Notes: generated by a model from the letters alone, not told the origin. A DNA stretch of 42,304 nt from Thermoplasmata archaeon (GCA_028864975.1 JAGWLG010000031.1:1-42304), one strand, 5' to 3'; shown: positions 1 through 9,073, counted from the stretch's first letter. Translations and numbers: made by a program.

Positions 1-2334
1 CCCTTGATGTTGACCATCATCGCCCTCGTAAACTACCGCGGCATGAAGCTACCTGACAGGAGGATTGAACTCTACCAGATTGCCACTGAGACGCTTCTCG
101 AGAACTGGCCACTTCGGCATCGAGAACTACGCCTTGACTCTAAGGCGGTGACTCAACTTCTCGAGCCTGTCGCCTGGGAAATGGTTGGTCGCGGTCACTC
201 TCAGCTGCCAGAGCACGAGGTTCTCGATATTCTGTCCAGATCGTTAGCTGCGCGTGATGGTCTACCACCACAAAAGGCGATTCTCGAGGCCACGCACGTG
301 CTCGAGACCATTAATCTCCACACGGGATTTCTAATGGAGCGAGGTCGGGTCTTGGGGGAACCCGTGTTCTCCTTCCTGCATCCAACTTTTGGAGAGTATC
401 TAGCTGGCCGAAGGCTGACCGAGGTTTGGGCCCAAGATGGCAGCGCCTCGCTAAAGGACAAGGTCCACGAATCGAGATGGCACGAGTCCTTCCTCCTCGC
501 CGCCGGGTATCTGGGCCTCTACTCTCAAGTCCACGCAAGCAACTTCGTGCGAGCAATCGTAGCCCTCGATTCGCCATTTCGGTCGGTAGTCAACAGGGAT
601 CTGCTCCTCGCGGCCGAGATGCTTTGCGACAAGGTGGATGTGTCGATCGAAGTCAGGAATGAGGTCGTCGCCAACCTTGTCCGTGATGCACTCACCGCGA
701 AGAACGAGTGGATCTGGTATGTTCTCTCCGGTCGGATCCATCGTCTCCTAGGAGTTATCCGACCGGGGCATGTCCCGGAATTGGACGACGATCCGATTGG
801 CGATTCCCTTCAGGACAAGATTCGGCATTCAGCCCTCTCTTGCTTCGCGTATCCCGACGACATCGCCCGAAAGGTTGCCCTCTTGGCCCTCCTCGTCAGG
901 CAGGCCCAAATGGGCACGTCGATTCCCACAGAACTCTTCAGGTTGTTCGAACAGCGAAGGATGCGCACAGGAGCGGTTCTTCTCGTCTTCGAGAGGAACG
1001 TCGCTTACCCTTTCGAGGTACCAAACGAAGTCGCAGCTGCAATCAAGGCCCGTCTCGCCGGGGTTCGGAGGCTCACCGACCTCATGTCGGGACAACAAGA
1101 ATTCCCCTCTTCCACGTTCGATTTCGTGGTCGTCGATGCGGACGATCTCAGGAGCGTGCACGCTATTGAGTACCTTCATCTGTTGGTGGAGCACGGAACC
1201 CGCTGGCCGAGCCCTCCACGGGTGCTGGAGATGGCACTAGGGAAGGATTCGATGCGCTCTGAGGCGGCTCGGTTGCAAGCAGAACTCGTCGCCCTCGCGA
1301 ACCCTCCAGCGGATACGTCGTCTATGGCTGAGATTCTCTTGGGCCTCACGGCTCTCGCCGACGGAAGAGAGAGGAGTCCGCTTCCCTCCGCGCTCGAACT
1401 TGGTAAGACGGCTCTCCGCTCGGACAATGCACGAGTAAGGGCCGGGGCACTTCGATTCCTCCTGAACTCAGAACGTGAGCCCGACGGGATTTGTGATCTG
1501 TTCGAGATTGGGATAGGAGACGCAGACCGAGAAGTTCGGCTGGTCCCCGCCAAGGAACTCGAGAGGCTAGACGAGGTTCCGAACCAGAAGATTCTTGACA
1601 TCGCGGGTCGACTCCTTCGCGACGCAGACTTGTCGGTGGCTCGTGAAGCCGCGTTGGGCATGGCAACGTTGGAGCGGGCACCGGAGACATTGATCGCGAA
1701 TGGATTGGAGATCCTTGAGGCTTGGAGGGAAGCTGGTGGCTCCGACTCTGCCGATTGGCTTGATCGAGTTCTCGAAGGCATCGAGGGTCTCGCTATGGGT
1801 TGTTCTGAGCCAGCGGCATGCGACCGGGCGGCTTCTGCCTGCGCCGAGCTCATCCGGCTGCATCCTAATTATCAACTTGACGATTCCCCACCATGGACTT
1901 ACCTCTGGGCTCGCCGCCCTGGGAGCAACGCGTCTAGGTCATTTGCCGACTCAGTGAAGGCCATCCTCAGCTCACCCGACTCACGCATTCGCGCTTGGGC
2001 CGCATCAGCGCTGTTCGCCTCCGTCGCCGGGCAGGTCGAGGACCAAATCGCGCTTCCTCTGCTGCAGGATGCCTCACCGGTGGTACGACGCTCGGTCCTT
2101 CGATCTTTCTCCGGGGCTACCGTGAAAACCCCGGCTCAGGTTGGCAGGCTGCTGGACTCAGCACTTGGTGATGACCAGTTGGAGGCGCACATGGCGGCCA
2201 CTGCTCTAGTTCGCGAAGACTGGGGCACTTCATATCAAGGAGTCCTAGAGAGGGTATCCGCCTTCCTTGAGCGCAACCCGGGCGCTGACGCTCCAACTCG
2301 GATTCTCTTCAGCTTGCTCGGGATCGGCGCCTGA
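1..2334 (+). CDS. NACHT/STAND NTPase-associated protein with C-terminal HEAT repeats; 5'-truncated by the window edge
   Basis: Frame is open from base 1 (PLMLTIIA, the post-NTPase PLLL motif), then LPxRRIELY and the winged-helix motif FSFLHPTFGEYLA. HEAT-like repeats follow (DNARVRAGAL, DADREVR, DADLSVAREAA, SPDSRIRAWAA, DASPVVRRSV). The P-loop and any N-terminal effector lie outside the window. Confidence 0.8.
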   Translation, partial: PLMLTIIALVNYRGMKLPDRRIELYQIATETLLENWPLRHRELRLDSKAVTQLLEPVAWEMVGRGHSQLPEHEVLDILSRSLAARDGLPPQKAILEATHVLETINLHTGFLMERGRVLGEPVFSFLHPTFGEYLAGRRLTEVWAQDGSASLKDKVHESRWHESFLLAAGYLGLYSQVHASNFVRAIVALDSPFRSVVNRDLLLAAEMLCDKVDVSIEVRNEVVANLVRDALTAKNEWIWYVLSGRIHRLLGVIRPGHVPELDDDPIGDSLQDKIRHSALSCFAYPDDIARKVALLALLVRQAQMGTSIPTELFRLFEQRRMRTGAVLLVFERNVAYPFEVPNEVAAAIKARLAGVRRLTDLMSGQQEFPSSTFDFVVVDADDLRSVHAIEYLHLLVEHGTRWPSPPRVLEMALGKDSMRSEAARLQAELVALANPPADTSSMAEILLGLTALADGRERSPLPSALELGKTALRSDNARVRAGALRFLLNSEREPDGICDLFEIGIGDADREVRLVPAKELERLDEVPNQKILDIAGRLLRDADLSVAREAALGMATLERAPETLIANGLEILEAWREAGGSDSADWLDRVLEGIEGLAMGCSEPAACDRAASACAELIRLHPNYQLDDSPPWTYLWARRPGSNASRSFADSVKAILSSPDSRIRAWAASALFASVAGQVEDQIALPLLQDASPVVRRSVLRSFSGATVKTPAQVGRLLDSALGDDQLEAHMAATALVREDWGTSYQGVLERVSAFLERNPGADAPTRILFSLLGIGA

Positions 2335-2516
2335 GAAGGGAACGCGATTCGAGGAAAGAGCGAGACTCACAAGCGCCATCATCTGTGCAACATCCGTTGC
2401 ACGCTTGGCGCTCTCTTTCGACTCCAGCAGTTGAACCGGGCGAGCGAAGAGAGGGTCGCCCCAGACACGACCTCGAAGCACCTCGCTTGAAACAAGGAGG
2501 CGATTTCTAGCTCGGT

Positions 2517-3242
2517 CTACCTCGGGTACCCCTGCTGCGCTGCCCGCTGTTGGTCCATCATCTTATCGGCTGACAGCCTCAGCTCCGTAAACGGCGTCGC
2601 CACCCCCTTCCGACAAGCAGGGCATGGGAACGCCTTGGAGCTGAGGCCGCTCTCGATGAAGTACGGAGATTGGCAATCGTCGTTCGGGCATGTGAACCTC
2701 TCGAACCTACCGTTGAGACTCGTGTACTTCTGCCCGAGGTTGTAGAAGAACGCTGCCGCTTTGGTCCACCAATCCTCGTTGGAGGCGTCCCAGTGGTCCG
2801 GATCCTTCGCATCAAAGGAGCCGGTTGCGACCGAAGCCCAGAAGGTGGTTCCAATGCCATCCGACTCCGCCGAACGCTGAGCATAGTGCGTGACACCTGG
2901 CACCGGGAAGTCCACAGGATGGTTCGAGGGTTCAATCACGAAAACCGGCAGGTTCAGCATGGCTGCGGCCCCAACCTCGAACCCCACCCAAGATCTCGTC
3001 CACGGCTTCAGGGACAGTTCGGGGGAAAGCAGAACAACGACGGCGCGGCAGGCTCGCAAGTGGGTCAGAATCGATGAAGCGTGGGGCGGGCGTGGCCCGA
3101 GGACAGGGTAGTAGAGTGGCTGGTAGCGAGAGCCCGGCAATGCGTAGACGTCGTTGAGGAACAGTCGACCCTCCTTGTCCTCGCGACTGTGCGAAACGAA
3201 AACCTTGATGGGAGTTTCTGGGAGACTACTTGCCGCGCTCAT
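2517..3242 (-). CDS. TIR-domain protein with C-terminal Cys4 zinc ribbon
   Basis: KVFVSHSREDK beta-A motif, AVVVLLSP, and SWVGFEVGAA with the catalytic-position Glu (E89). C-terminal CPNDDC...CPAC. Confidence 0.8.
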   Translation of the reverse strand: MSAASSLPETPIKVFVSHSREDKEGRLFLNDVYALPGSRYQPLYYPVLGPRPPHASSILTHLRACRAVVVLLSPELSLKPWTRSWVGFEVGAAAMLNLPVFVIEPSNHPVDFPVPGVTHYAQRSAESDGIGTTFWASVATGSFDAKDPDHWDASNEDWWTKAAAFFYNLGQKYTSLNGRFERFTCPNDDCQSPYFIESGLSSKAFPCPACRKGVATPFTELRLSADKMMDQQRAAQQGYPR

Positions 3243-3253
3243 CTTGGTAGAAA

Positions 3254-4942
3254 CTACTCCGGCTCATCCCCGGCCTTCTCTGCGTCGTACTCCTCCATCT
3301 TCCCGTTCCGTGCCTTGCTCGTTCGAGGGGCCTTCTGTGCCTTCGGTGCCCGCTTGAATGTTACATTCCTCACGTGTGGGTGTTGGAGTCCTTTTCCTTC
3401 GAGTAGGTCCTTGATGGTGAGTATCTGGACTTTCGGGTACCTCTCATTCGGATCCATCCGGTACTCGGGTCGGTAGAAGCCCGCTGTGGCCGCCTCCGTG
3501 AGCATGTCCCTCGTCGGTTCTTCCAGTGTGAGAAAGGCCCCGATGGCAGCTTTCTCTCGCTCCACTACCCCGATGAGGTCGCGCACTTGGGCGGAGGAGA
3601 CGTGTCCAGACTTGACCTGGAGGACGATGCACTTCATCGGAGCCCCAGCCTTCTCGCGGAAGTAGAGGCGCCCGTCTATGCCCCGGTCCCTGCCCTTCTT
3701 CTGATCCGACTCGGCGGGGCGTGCGCCTACTTTCCCGAGCGCCCACCACTGGAACTGATAGCGATCTTTGTCCACCTCGACAAGTGCCCTAGCGCCGCCT
3801 AGATCTTGGGGCTCACCCTTGACATCGTACGCGACCTCCTTTCCGTAGGCGTCGTTCAGGCGGCTACGAATCAGCGTGATCGCCAGGTGTGTTACGTCGA
3901 TGCCGATCCATCGTCGCTTCAGGCGCTGGGCAGAGGCAATGGTTGTGCCACACCCACAGAACGGATCGAGGATCGTATCTCCCTCAGAGCTACTCGATAG
4001 AATGATACGGTCGAGCAACGCCTCTGGTTTCTGAGTCGGGAAGCCCAACCGCTCTGAGCCCGAGATGCCTCGAAGCATCTGGATGTCCGTCCAAATGTCC
4101 TGAAGGGCGACCCCGTGGCTCTCGTCGAGATAGCGCTTCTGCCACGGGACCGACCCAGGAGAGGCCTGAACGATCCGACCCTGTCGGTAGAGTTCCTCCA
4201 TCCTCTCCTTGGAGTAGCGCCAGTAGCGTGTGACCCCCAGGAACTCATAGTGAGGGTTTCCCTTCGCCGCGCCGCCGGGTCCCGTAATGTCCGCCTTGTT
4301 GTACAACCGGCCGGTGCCCTCCTCAACATTCCTATACCACTTCTCTACGGTTTTCTCAGGCAGAGGCGTGTACTGCGTCGTAAACCTCCAGTCCTCCGTG
4401 ACTGAATAGAAGAGAATCACGTCATGGATACGACCGTAGCGCTTCCCGCCTTGCCTGGCGTCACTATGGGCATCTGACCGCTTCCAGATGATCTCATTTC
4501 TGAAGTTCTCGGGCCCGAACACGGCGTCCATCAGGAGCTTGAGGTAGTGGCTGGCCGTCGGGTCGCAGTGAAGATAGATGCTCGCTGTATGCTTCATCAC
4601 ACGGCGGAGCTCCACCAAGCGTGGGGCCATCATGGAGAGGTATGCGAGCATGTCGTTCTCGCCCAGGAACGTCCGAAACGCTTGCAGCACGTCGGCGACT
4701 CTGCCCCCCTTCTCGACCGTCTCCTCGAAGGAGCGCGCCGAGCCCTGATCCCACCGCCAGGTGTCGCCGAACGCCTGGATTTGGGCCGCCGAGCGTGAGC
4801 CGTCCTGCTCAGCGAAGAGGACGTTGTAGTCCTGGTTCGAGTTGAAAGGGGGATCAAGGTACACTAGGTCGATGGTTTCGTCCTTGATGTACCGTCGAAG
4901 GACATCGAGGTTATCTCCGTAGTAGAGCAAGTTGGGTTCCAC
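3254..4942 (-). CDS. Beta-class N6/N4 DNA methyltransferase fused to C-terminal Mrr-like PD-(D/E/Q)xK endonuclease domain
   Basis: LYYGDNL, DLVYLDPPF (motif IV), FPTQKPEALLDRII, ILDPFCGCGTT (motif I). C-terminal DRGIDG...VLQVKSG and EREKAAIGAFLTL. GTG start. Confidence 0.9.
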   Translation of the reverse strand: MEPNLLYYGDNLDVLRRYIKDETIDLVYLDPPFNSNQDYNVLFAEQDGSRSAAQIQAFGDTWRWDQGSARSFEETVEKGGRVADVLQAFRTFLGENDMLAYLSMMAPRLVELRRVMKHTASIYLHCDPTASHYLKLLMDAVFGPENFRNEIIWKRSDAHSDARQGGKRYGRIHDVILFYSVTEDWRFTTQYTPLPEKTVEKWYRNVEEGTGRLYNKADITGPGGAAKGNPHYEFLGVTRYWRYSKERMEELYRQGRIVQASPGSVPWQKRYLDESHGVALQDIWTDIQMLRGISGSERLGFPTQKPEALLDRIILSSSSEGDTILDPFCGCGTTIASAQRLKRRWIGIDVTHLAITLIRSRLNDAYGKEVAYDVKGEPQDLGGARALVEVDKDRYQFQWWALGKVGARPAESDQKKGRDRGIDGRLYFREKAGAPMKCIVLQVKSGHVSSAQVRDLIGVVEREKAAIGAFLTLEEPTRDMLTEAATAGFYRPEYRMDPNERYPKVQILTIKDLLEGKGLQHPHVRNVTFKRAPKAQKAPRTSKARNGKMEEYDAEKAGDEPE

Positions 4943-5062
4943 CGCCGCACCCGCTCGCTCAACCCGTTAGAGGGATATACGTTGTCGTGAGAGGTGCTCG
5001 CCCGACGGTGCACGTACGGGGGGGGGTAGACTCATGACCAACCAGCGAGGGTTTGCGCGCCA

Positions 5063-6118
5063 TTGACCGTTGTCTCAACGTCGCCTTCAGAAGGGCTAGT
5101 CCGACGCCTCGTGTACGCTCGTAATCTCTACAGCCTCGCCGATCGGCTGCTCTCGATGAACACTCCCTTCGCAGATGCGGAGGCAATCGTACTGATCGAC
5201 GCTACCATCGAGTCTTTGCTCCGAACGGCTCTCGAACAACGACCCAGGTTCGGCAGGGGATCGGGCGCTGACTCGGAACTCCACTTGGGCGGCCTCTTCA
5301 CGGCGGTGTCCCGGGCCTACGGAACGGCTGGCACACCGTCTATCTCAGCTGCTCCCGCTCTCTTCGCCAACGAACTGGAGATTTTGCGCATCCACGAGGT
5401 GCGGAACACTATCCAGCACCAATCCATCCCCCCTGCAAAGGACGAGGTGCGAGTTCAGGTGGATGCAGCTCAGAGGAACATACGTTCACTGGTCAAGGCA
5501 CTCTTTGGGCTCGACTGGGAGCACATCTCGATTAGTAACCTGTTCGACGACCCAATCTTCCGCTCCCTCTTCACGAGGAGCGAGAAGGCGCTGCGCGAAG
5601 GGAGAGTCGAGGACGCGGTCTATTCCATTATAGCCTGTTTTGAGGCCGCCCGGTTCCTTGAGCAGCACCGGATATGGGGCTCACTCATCAGCTGGGCCAA
5701 AGGCTCCGCTCACGAGGAGTCAGTGCTCAAGGATCCCAAGCACCAGGCCATCGTTGGATACGTGAGTACGCTGCACGACGAGGTAGAGGTTCTGAAGCTC
5801 CGACTGGATTACAAGGAGTATCGCGCATACGCCCAGATCGGCTTTGGCGTAATCTCGCCGGCATGGGAAGTCCTCGCCGCCTTCGGCCGCACGGACGAGG
5901 AGATGTGTGCCCACTGGAAGAAGGCACTCTCGGGAAACTTCGCCCAATTCAAGGAAAAGGGCGCGCTCACCCCAGAGGTTGCGACTGATCTGACGAACTG
6001 GGTGACTTTTGCCCAGAGGTTCACATCGGATGCGATTCTGAGATGGCAGGAGTTTTGGCGGCCCGGTTGGGGCGAAGGCGATAAGTCAGCCGCTCAGCGA
6101 TGGTCTGCTACGTCCTGA
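5063..6118 (+). CDS. HEPN-domain protein (putative RNase toxin)
   Basis: All-helical N-terminal domain with DATIESLL and an Rx4H motif RNTIQH (R114-H119). TTG start is uncertain. Confidence 0.65.
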   Translation: MTVVSTSPSEGLVRRLVYARNLYSLADRLLSMNTPFADAEAIVLIDATIESLLRTALEQRPRFGRGSGADSELHLGGLFTAVSRAYGTAGTPSISAAPALFANELEILRIHEVRNTIQHQSIPPAKDEVRVQVDAAQRNIRSLVKALFGLDWEHISISNLFDDPIFRSLFTRSEKALREGRVEDAVYSIIACFEAARFLEQHRIWGSLISWAKGSAHEESVLKDPKHQAIVGYVSTLHDEVEVLKLRLDYKEYRAYAQIGFGVISPAWEVLAAFGRTDEEMCAHWKKALSGNFAQFKEKGALTPEVATDLTNWVTFAQRFTSDAILRWQEFWRPGWGEGDKSAAQRWSATS

Positions 6119-6265
6119 GTGAGAGCCGGTCCGCTGATGAGGTCGGACTCGGGCGGACCCATCGAACCTGTGGGGCCGCATTCTGGACTCCCGGGCGGTC
6201 CAAGTATCCGCCGGGCACCTCTGCATTTCGGCGCAACTCAAGTTGCACCCAGGTCCGGGGACCCC

Positions 6266-6346
6266 TTCTGGAAGCATTCCGAGGGGCAATCCGGTTCCCT
6301 GTCGCCTCACCGTCGATGCGGTTTCGATGTCCCGGTGAGCTTCAAG
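6266..6346. repeat. Copy 1 of an 81-bp direct repeat (copy 2 at 9528-9608)
   Basis: Hand alignment gives 67/81 identity without gaps. The last 17 nt (tcccggtgagcttcaag) are identical. Internal inverted repeat ctcaccg...cggtgag. Confidence 0.85.
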
Positions 6347-6371
6347 AATGGTCCCCATCCTCACGTCAGAC

Positions 6372-6458
6372 ATGGACATCCTGCTCGATACCAGCCTGAT
6401 CATCAGGCGGGAAGACCAGAAACTCCTCCACCCACAGCTTGCGGAGAGGAGCGCATGA
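6372..6458 (+). pseudogene. 28-codon remnant resembling the N-terminus of a PIN-domain (PIN-GNAT type) protein
   Basis: MDILLDTSLIIRREDQKLLHPQLAERSA*. It carries the PIN first-strand ILLDTx motif, and its stop overlaps the ASCH start (ATGA at 6455-6458). Confidence 0.6.
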
Positions 6459-6991
6459 GCGGAGCAATCCTTTTTTCCATCAAGACTGAGTTCGCAGAGA
6501 GAATATACTCGGGCTCAAAGCGCACCGAGCTCCGAAGGAACTGCCCCTCGAGGGCCTCCCAGATCGCATTTCTTTACGAGACGAAGCCTCGGAGCGCCAT
6601 CACGGGAGCGATCCAGATCGCGAGGATTCGGCGCGACACCCCGGCAGCAACCTGGGCCCGATCATCGAGCACTCTGGGAATCTCTCGGTCACAGTTCGAC
6701 TCCTATCTGAGAGGAAGTTCTCTTGCGGTATCGGTAGAGATTTCGCGGTCGATGCGATTCGATCGGAGCATTGCACTTCACGCCGACATCGGAGTGAGCG
6801 CTGCGCCGCAGTCATTCTGCTACCTCTCAGAACGTGTGGCTGCAAGGCTGCTCGAGCTTCAGGGGGTCGAGTCGAGCAAAACGTGGCTCCGAGCGCTGCA
6901 CGCCGGGTTGGCGACTATGGAAAGCTACTCTGGGCAAGAAGCGGCCCGTGGCTCCACCGGCGAAGACGACATTGCCGTCTATGCCAGGTAG
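6455..6991 (+). CDS. ASCH/PUA-like domain protein (COG4933-like)
   Basis: ILFSIKTEFAERIYSGSKRTELRR...FLYETKPRSAITG...PQSFCYL is the ASCH signature. ATG 6455 follows GGAGAGGA; the upstream extension to 6119 is likely non-coding. Confidence 0.85.
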   Translation: MSGAILFSIKTEFAERIYSGSKRTELRRNCPSRASQIAFLYETKPRSAITGAIQIARIRRDTPAATWARSSSTLGISRSQFDSYLRGSSLAVSVEISRSMRFDRSIALHADIGVSAAPQSFCYLSERVAARLLELQGVESSKTWLRALHAGLATMESYSGQEAARGSTGEDDIAVYAR

Positions 6992-7189
6992 GGCCTCCCA
7001 AAAGGGAGGTGAAGCCGTCTGGATCGGGGTTCGGTGGCTCTCGAATCTAGGTGCAACACCCTGCACTTCCGGACCTTCTGAGGCCGGGGCGTCCGCCGTG
7101 CTCTCGATAATAGAATCCAGATATATGCACCGCGGGGTTCGCGGTTGAGTACCAATCTTCATCAGAGTAGCGCGTCACTGGGGGGAATC

Positions 7190-7477
7190 ATGAACTCGGG
7201 GACCGGAGCCAACTCCAAGCCGACGTTTGTGGAATTGCGATCTCTGTCTCGTGCACCCAAAGAGTTCAAGGTGGCTTTGCTGAAGGAGTTGGGATACGGG
7301 TGCGATGGCACGCACGTGCTCACTCCTAGCGGAGAGAAGTATCTCGATCCTTACTCGAGCTTCCCGGTTACGATTTCCAACATGATCATCCTCCCGGGAA
7401 ACAGCCCTCCTGTAATCCTCGATGACAGCCCCCTCAGCATCTCCAGGTACATTGACGAGTACGGCGACATCTTCTGA
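7190..7477 (+). CDS. Small hypothetical protein (95 aa)
   Basis: ATG after GGGGGA; globular composition (LLKELGYGCDG...NMIILPGNSPPVILDDSPLSISRYIDEYGDIF); TATA-like gatatatg near 7120. Confidence 0.75.
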   Translation: MNSGTGANSKPTFVELRSLSRAPKEFKVALLKELGYGCDGTHVLTPSGEKYLDPYSSFPVTISNMIILPGNSPPVILDDSPLSISRYIDEYGDIF

Positions 7478-7484
7478 GGGAGCC

Positions 7485-8192
7485 GTGCCGAGCGCCCCTC
7501 CCTCGGACGATCCACTCAAGGATATCGCAGACTCGCTACGTGGCGAGGCTGTCTCCTGGACCATAGGTTCGGTCAAGTCCTACGCAGCTGGGTTGGTCAA
7601 TAGGCGGCTCGCGTTCATCGGACGCCGCGACTACATCGCTGAAGTAAGAGCACAGAAGAGGAGCGCCGAGTGGAAGTTCTACGAACAGTTCGTTCGGAAC
7701 AAGGACTACGGGATTCTTGCCCAGATGGGCCTGACGATGAGATCATGGCAGGATGACCCTGCGATGGAGAAGGACATTCAGTCCCTACGTCAGCGCATCT
7801 ACAAGAGGTACGGCGAGATCGGAGTTCACATCGCACAAGTAGTCCAATCGCGAATCCTGAGCGCGGTCATTCCGGTAGCTATGGACAGCAAAGCCGATCC
7901 CGCCAGAGTTGCCATCGCCATTGAGGAGTTCTTGACCAAGTCGATAAGCCTGTGCATCTTCATACAGGAGGCCGACAACGATGTTCTCCGCGCGAATGAC
8001 GTATGGACCCGCCTGACAAAGACCTCTCCGGAGCTCTTGGTGCTCTTTGCCCGCGGAGCTGCACGGCAAAAGGGCGAGAGCGTCGCGAAGCAGGTTCTTG
8101 GTCGGCGCCCGGACTACGAAACCAAGATCGTAGAGCAGTATGGCTCGCTCATGATCGTCTTCCTGCGAAAGCGAACAGGACTCGCATCCTAG
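7485..8192 (+). CDS. Hypothetical helical protein (about 235 aa), coupled to the upstream small gene
   Basis: GTG 7485 after GAGGGAG, 7 bp past the upstream stop; natural globular composition; no recognised motif. Confidence 0.75.
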   Translation: MPSAPPSDDPLKDIADSLRGEAVSWTIGSVKSYAAGLVNRRLAFIGRRDYIAEVRAQKRSAEWKFYEQFVRNKDYGILAQMGLTMRSWQDDPAMEKDIQSLRQRIYKRYGEIGVHIAQVVQSRILSAVIPVAMDSKADPARVAIAIEEFLTKSISLCIFIQEADNDVLRANDVWTRLTKTSPELLVLFARGAARQKGESVAKQVLGRRPDYETKIVEQYGSLMIVFLRKRTGLAS

Positions 8193-8671
8193 TTCCAAGT
8201 ACCATTTGATTCCCACTTCGGCTGCGTTCAGGTGGACGACCAGACGTTCATCCTGCCCAGCTTGGGCAACTTGGCAGACTCCGTGACGGAGAGCGTGTAG
8301 TCACCATGCGGGGCTCGGCGCTTGCTTACGGGAAGGCCAATCGGTTCCCAGAGTTGGACGGGACCTGAAGGCCTATCGCTTCTCGGCGTGAACCGTCGAG
8401 TTCATTCGTCTCTGCGGCTCGACGCACGCCATCATGGGATAGCTCACGCTGGAGAATCGGAAAGAAGGAAGCCGAACCAGTCACCCGTCTGCCAGCTTCC
8501 TACCGTCCAAGTGGATTCCATGAACACTCATGAGGGTTCGGTCGGAATCCGTTCATCGTAAGAGATGTCCGACGTCAACAAGGTGGCCGTGCGTGATATT
8601 GGGTCAGGTGCAGCACCGCGCTGCGCTCCGAACGGCCCGGAGCAACGGCGCCATCTTCGGGGATCGAGGAC

Positions 8672-9073
8672 TCAACGCCAGATCAATGGGAGGCCCTTGA
8701 TCCCTTCAAGCTCAGGATCATTTGTTACAAGCGCCAGGTGACGGCTGACCGCATCGGCTGCGATCATCCTGTCATGGAGCTCAGGGATCCGAAGGCCCAC
8801 GAAAGTGCGCCAACCAGCCGAACCTAGGTTCGAGAGCCGGATGTAGGTCTCGCCACGGATCGTGTCCAACACCTCATCGACGGACGCGCGGGGGTCGTCC
8901 GTCTCAACTCGACCTTTGAGGGCGAGATACACAAACTCCCCCATCGCCACCTCGGGCAGGAAGAGGGTGCCGAGTCCTCTCTCGGCCTCCGCAAACACCT
9001 TGTCGGCTTTCGGTGGAAGCTTGTCTTCCAGGTGGCGAATGAGAGCGACCGTGTCGATGACCACGTCCGTCAT
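8672..9073 (-). CDS. vapC: VapC-like PIN-domain toxin
   Basis: VVIDTVALI, PEVAMGE and LHDRMIAADA...LVTNDPEL acidic PIN residues; ATGA overlap with the antitoxin stop. Confidence 0.92.
   Translation of the reverse strand: MTDVVIDTVALIRHLEDKLPPKADKVFAEAERGLGTLFLPEVAMGEFVYLALKGRVETDDPRASVDEVLDTIRGETYIRLSNLGSAGWRTFVGLRIPELHDRMIAADAVSRHLALVTNDPELEGIKGLPLIWR

Noticed and set aside
5018-5026. G9 run in the MTase/HEPN divergent region as a phase-variation switch
   Set aside because: Similar G8-G9 runs occur elsewhere in the window (12428, and within the Kelch-PKD coding sequence); no length variation can be shown without reads.
8193-8671. 480-bp gap as a gene or pseudogene
   Set aside because: Only short ORFs with no recognisable motif; it may be decayed DNA but I cannot support a call.
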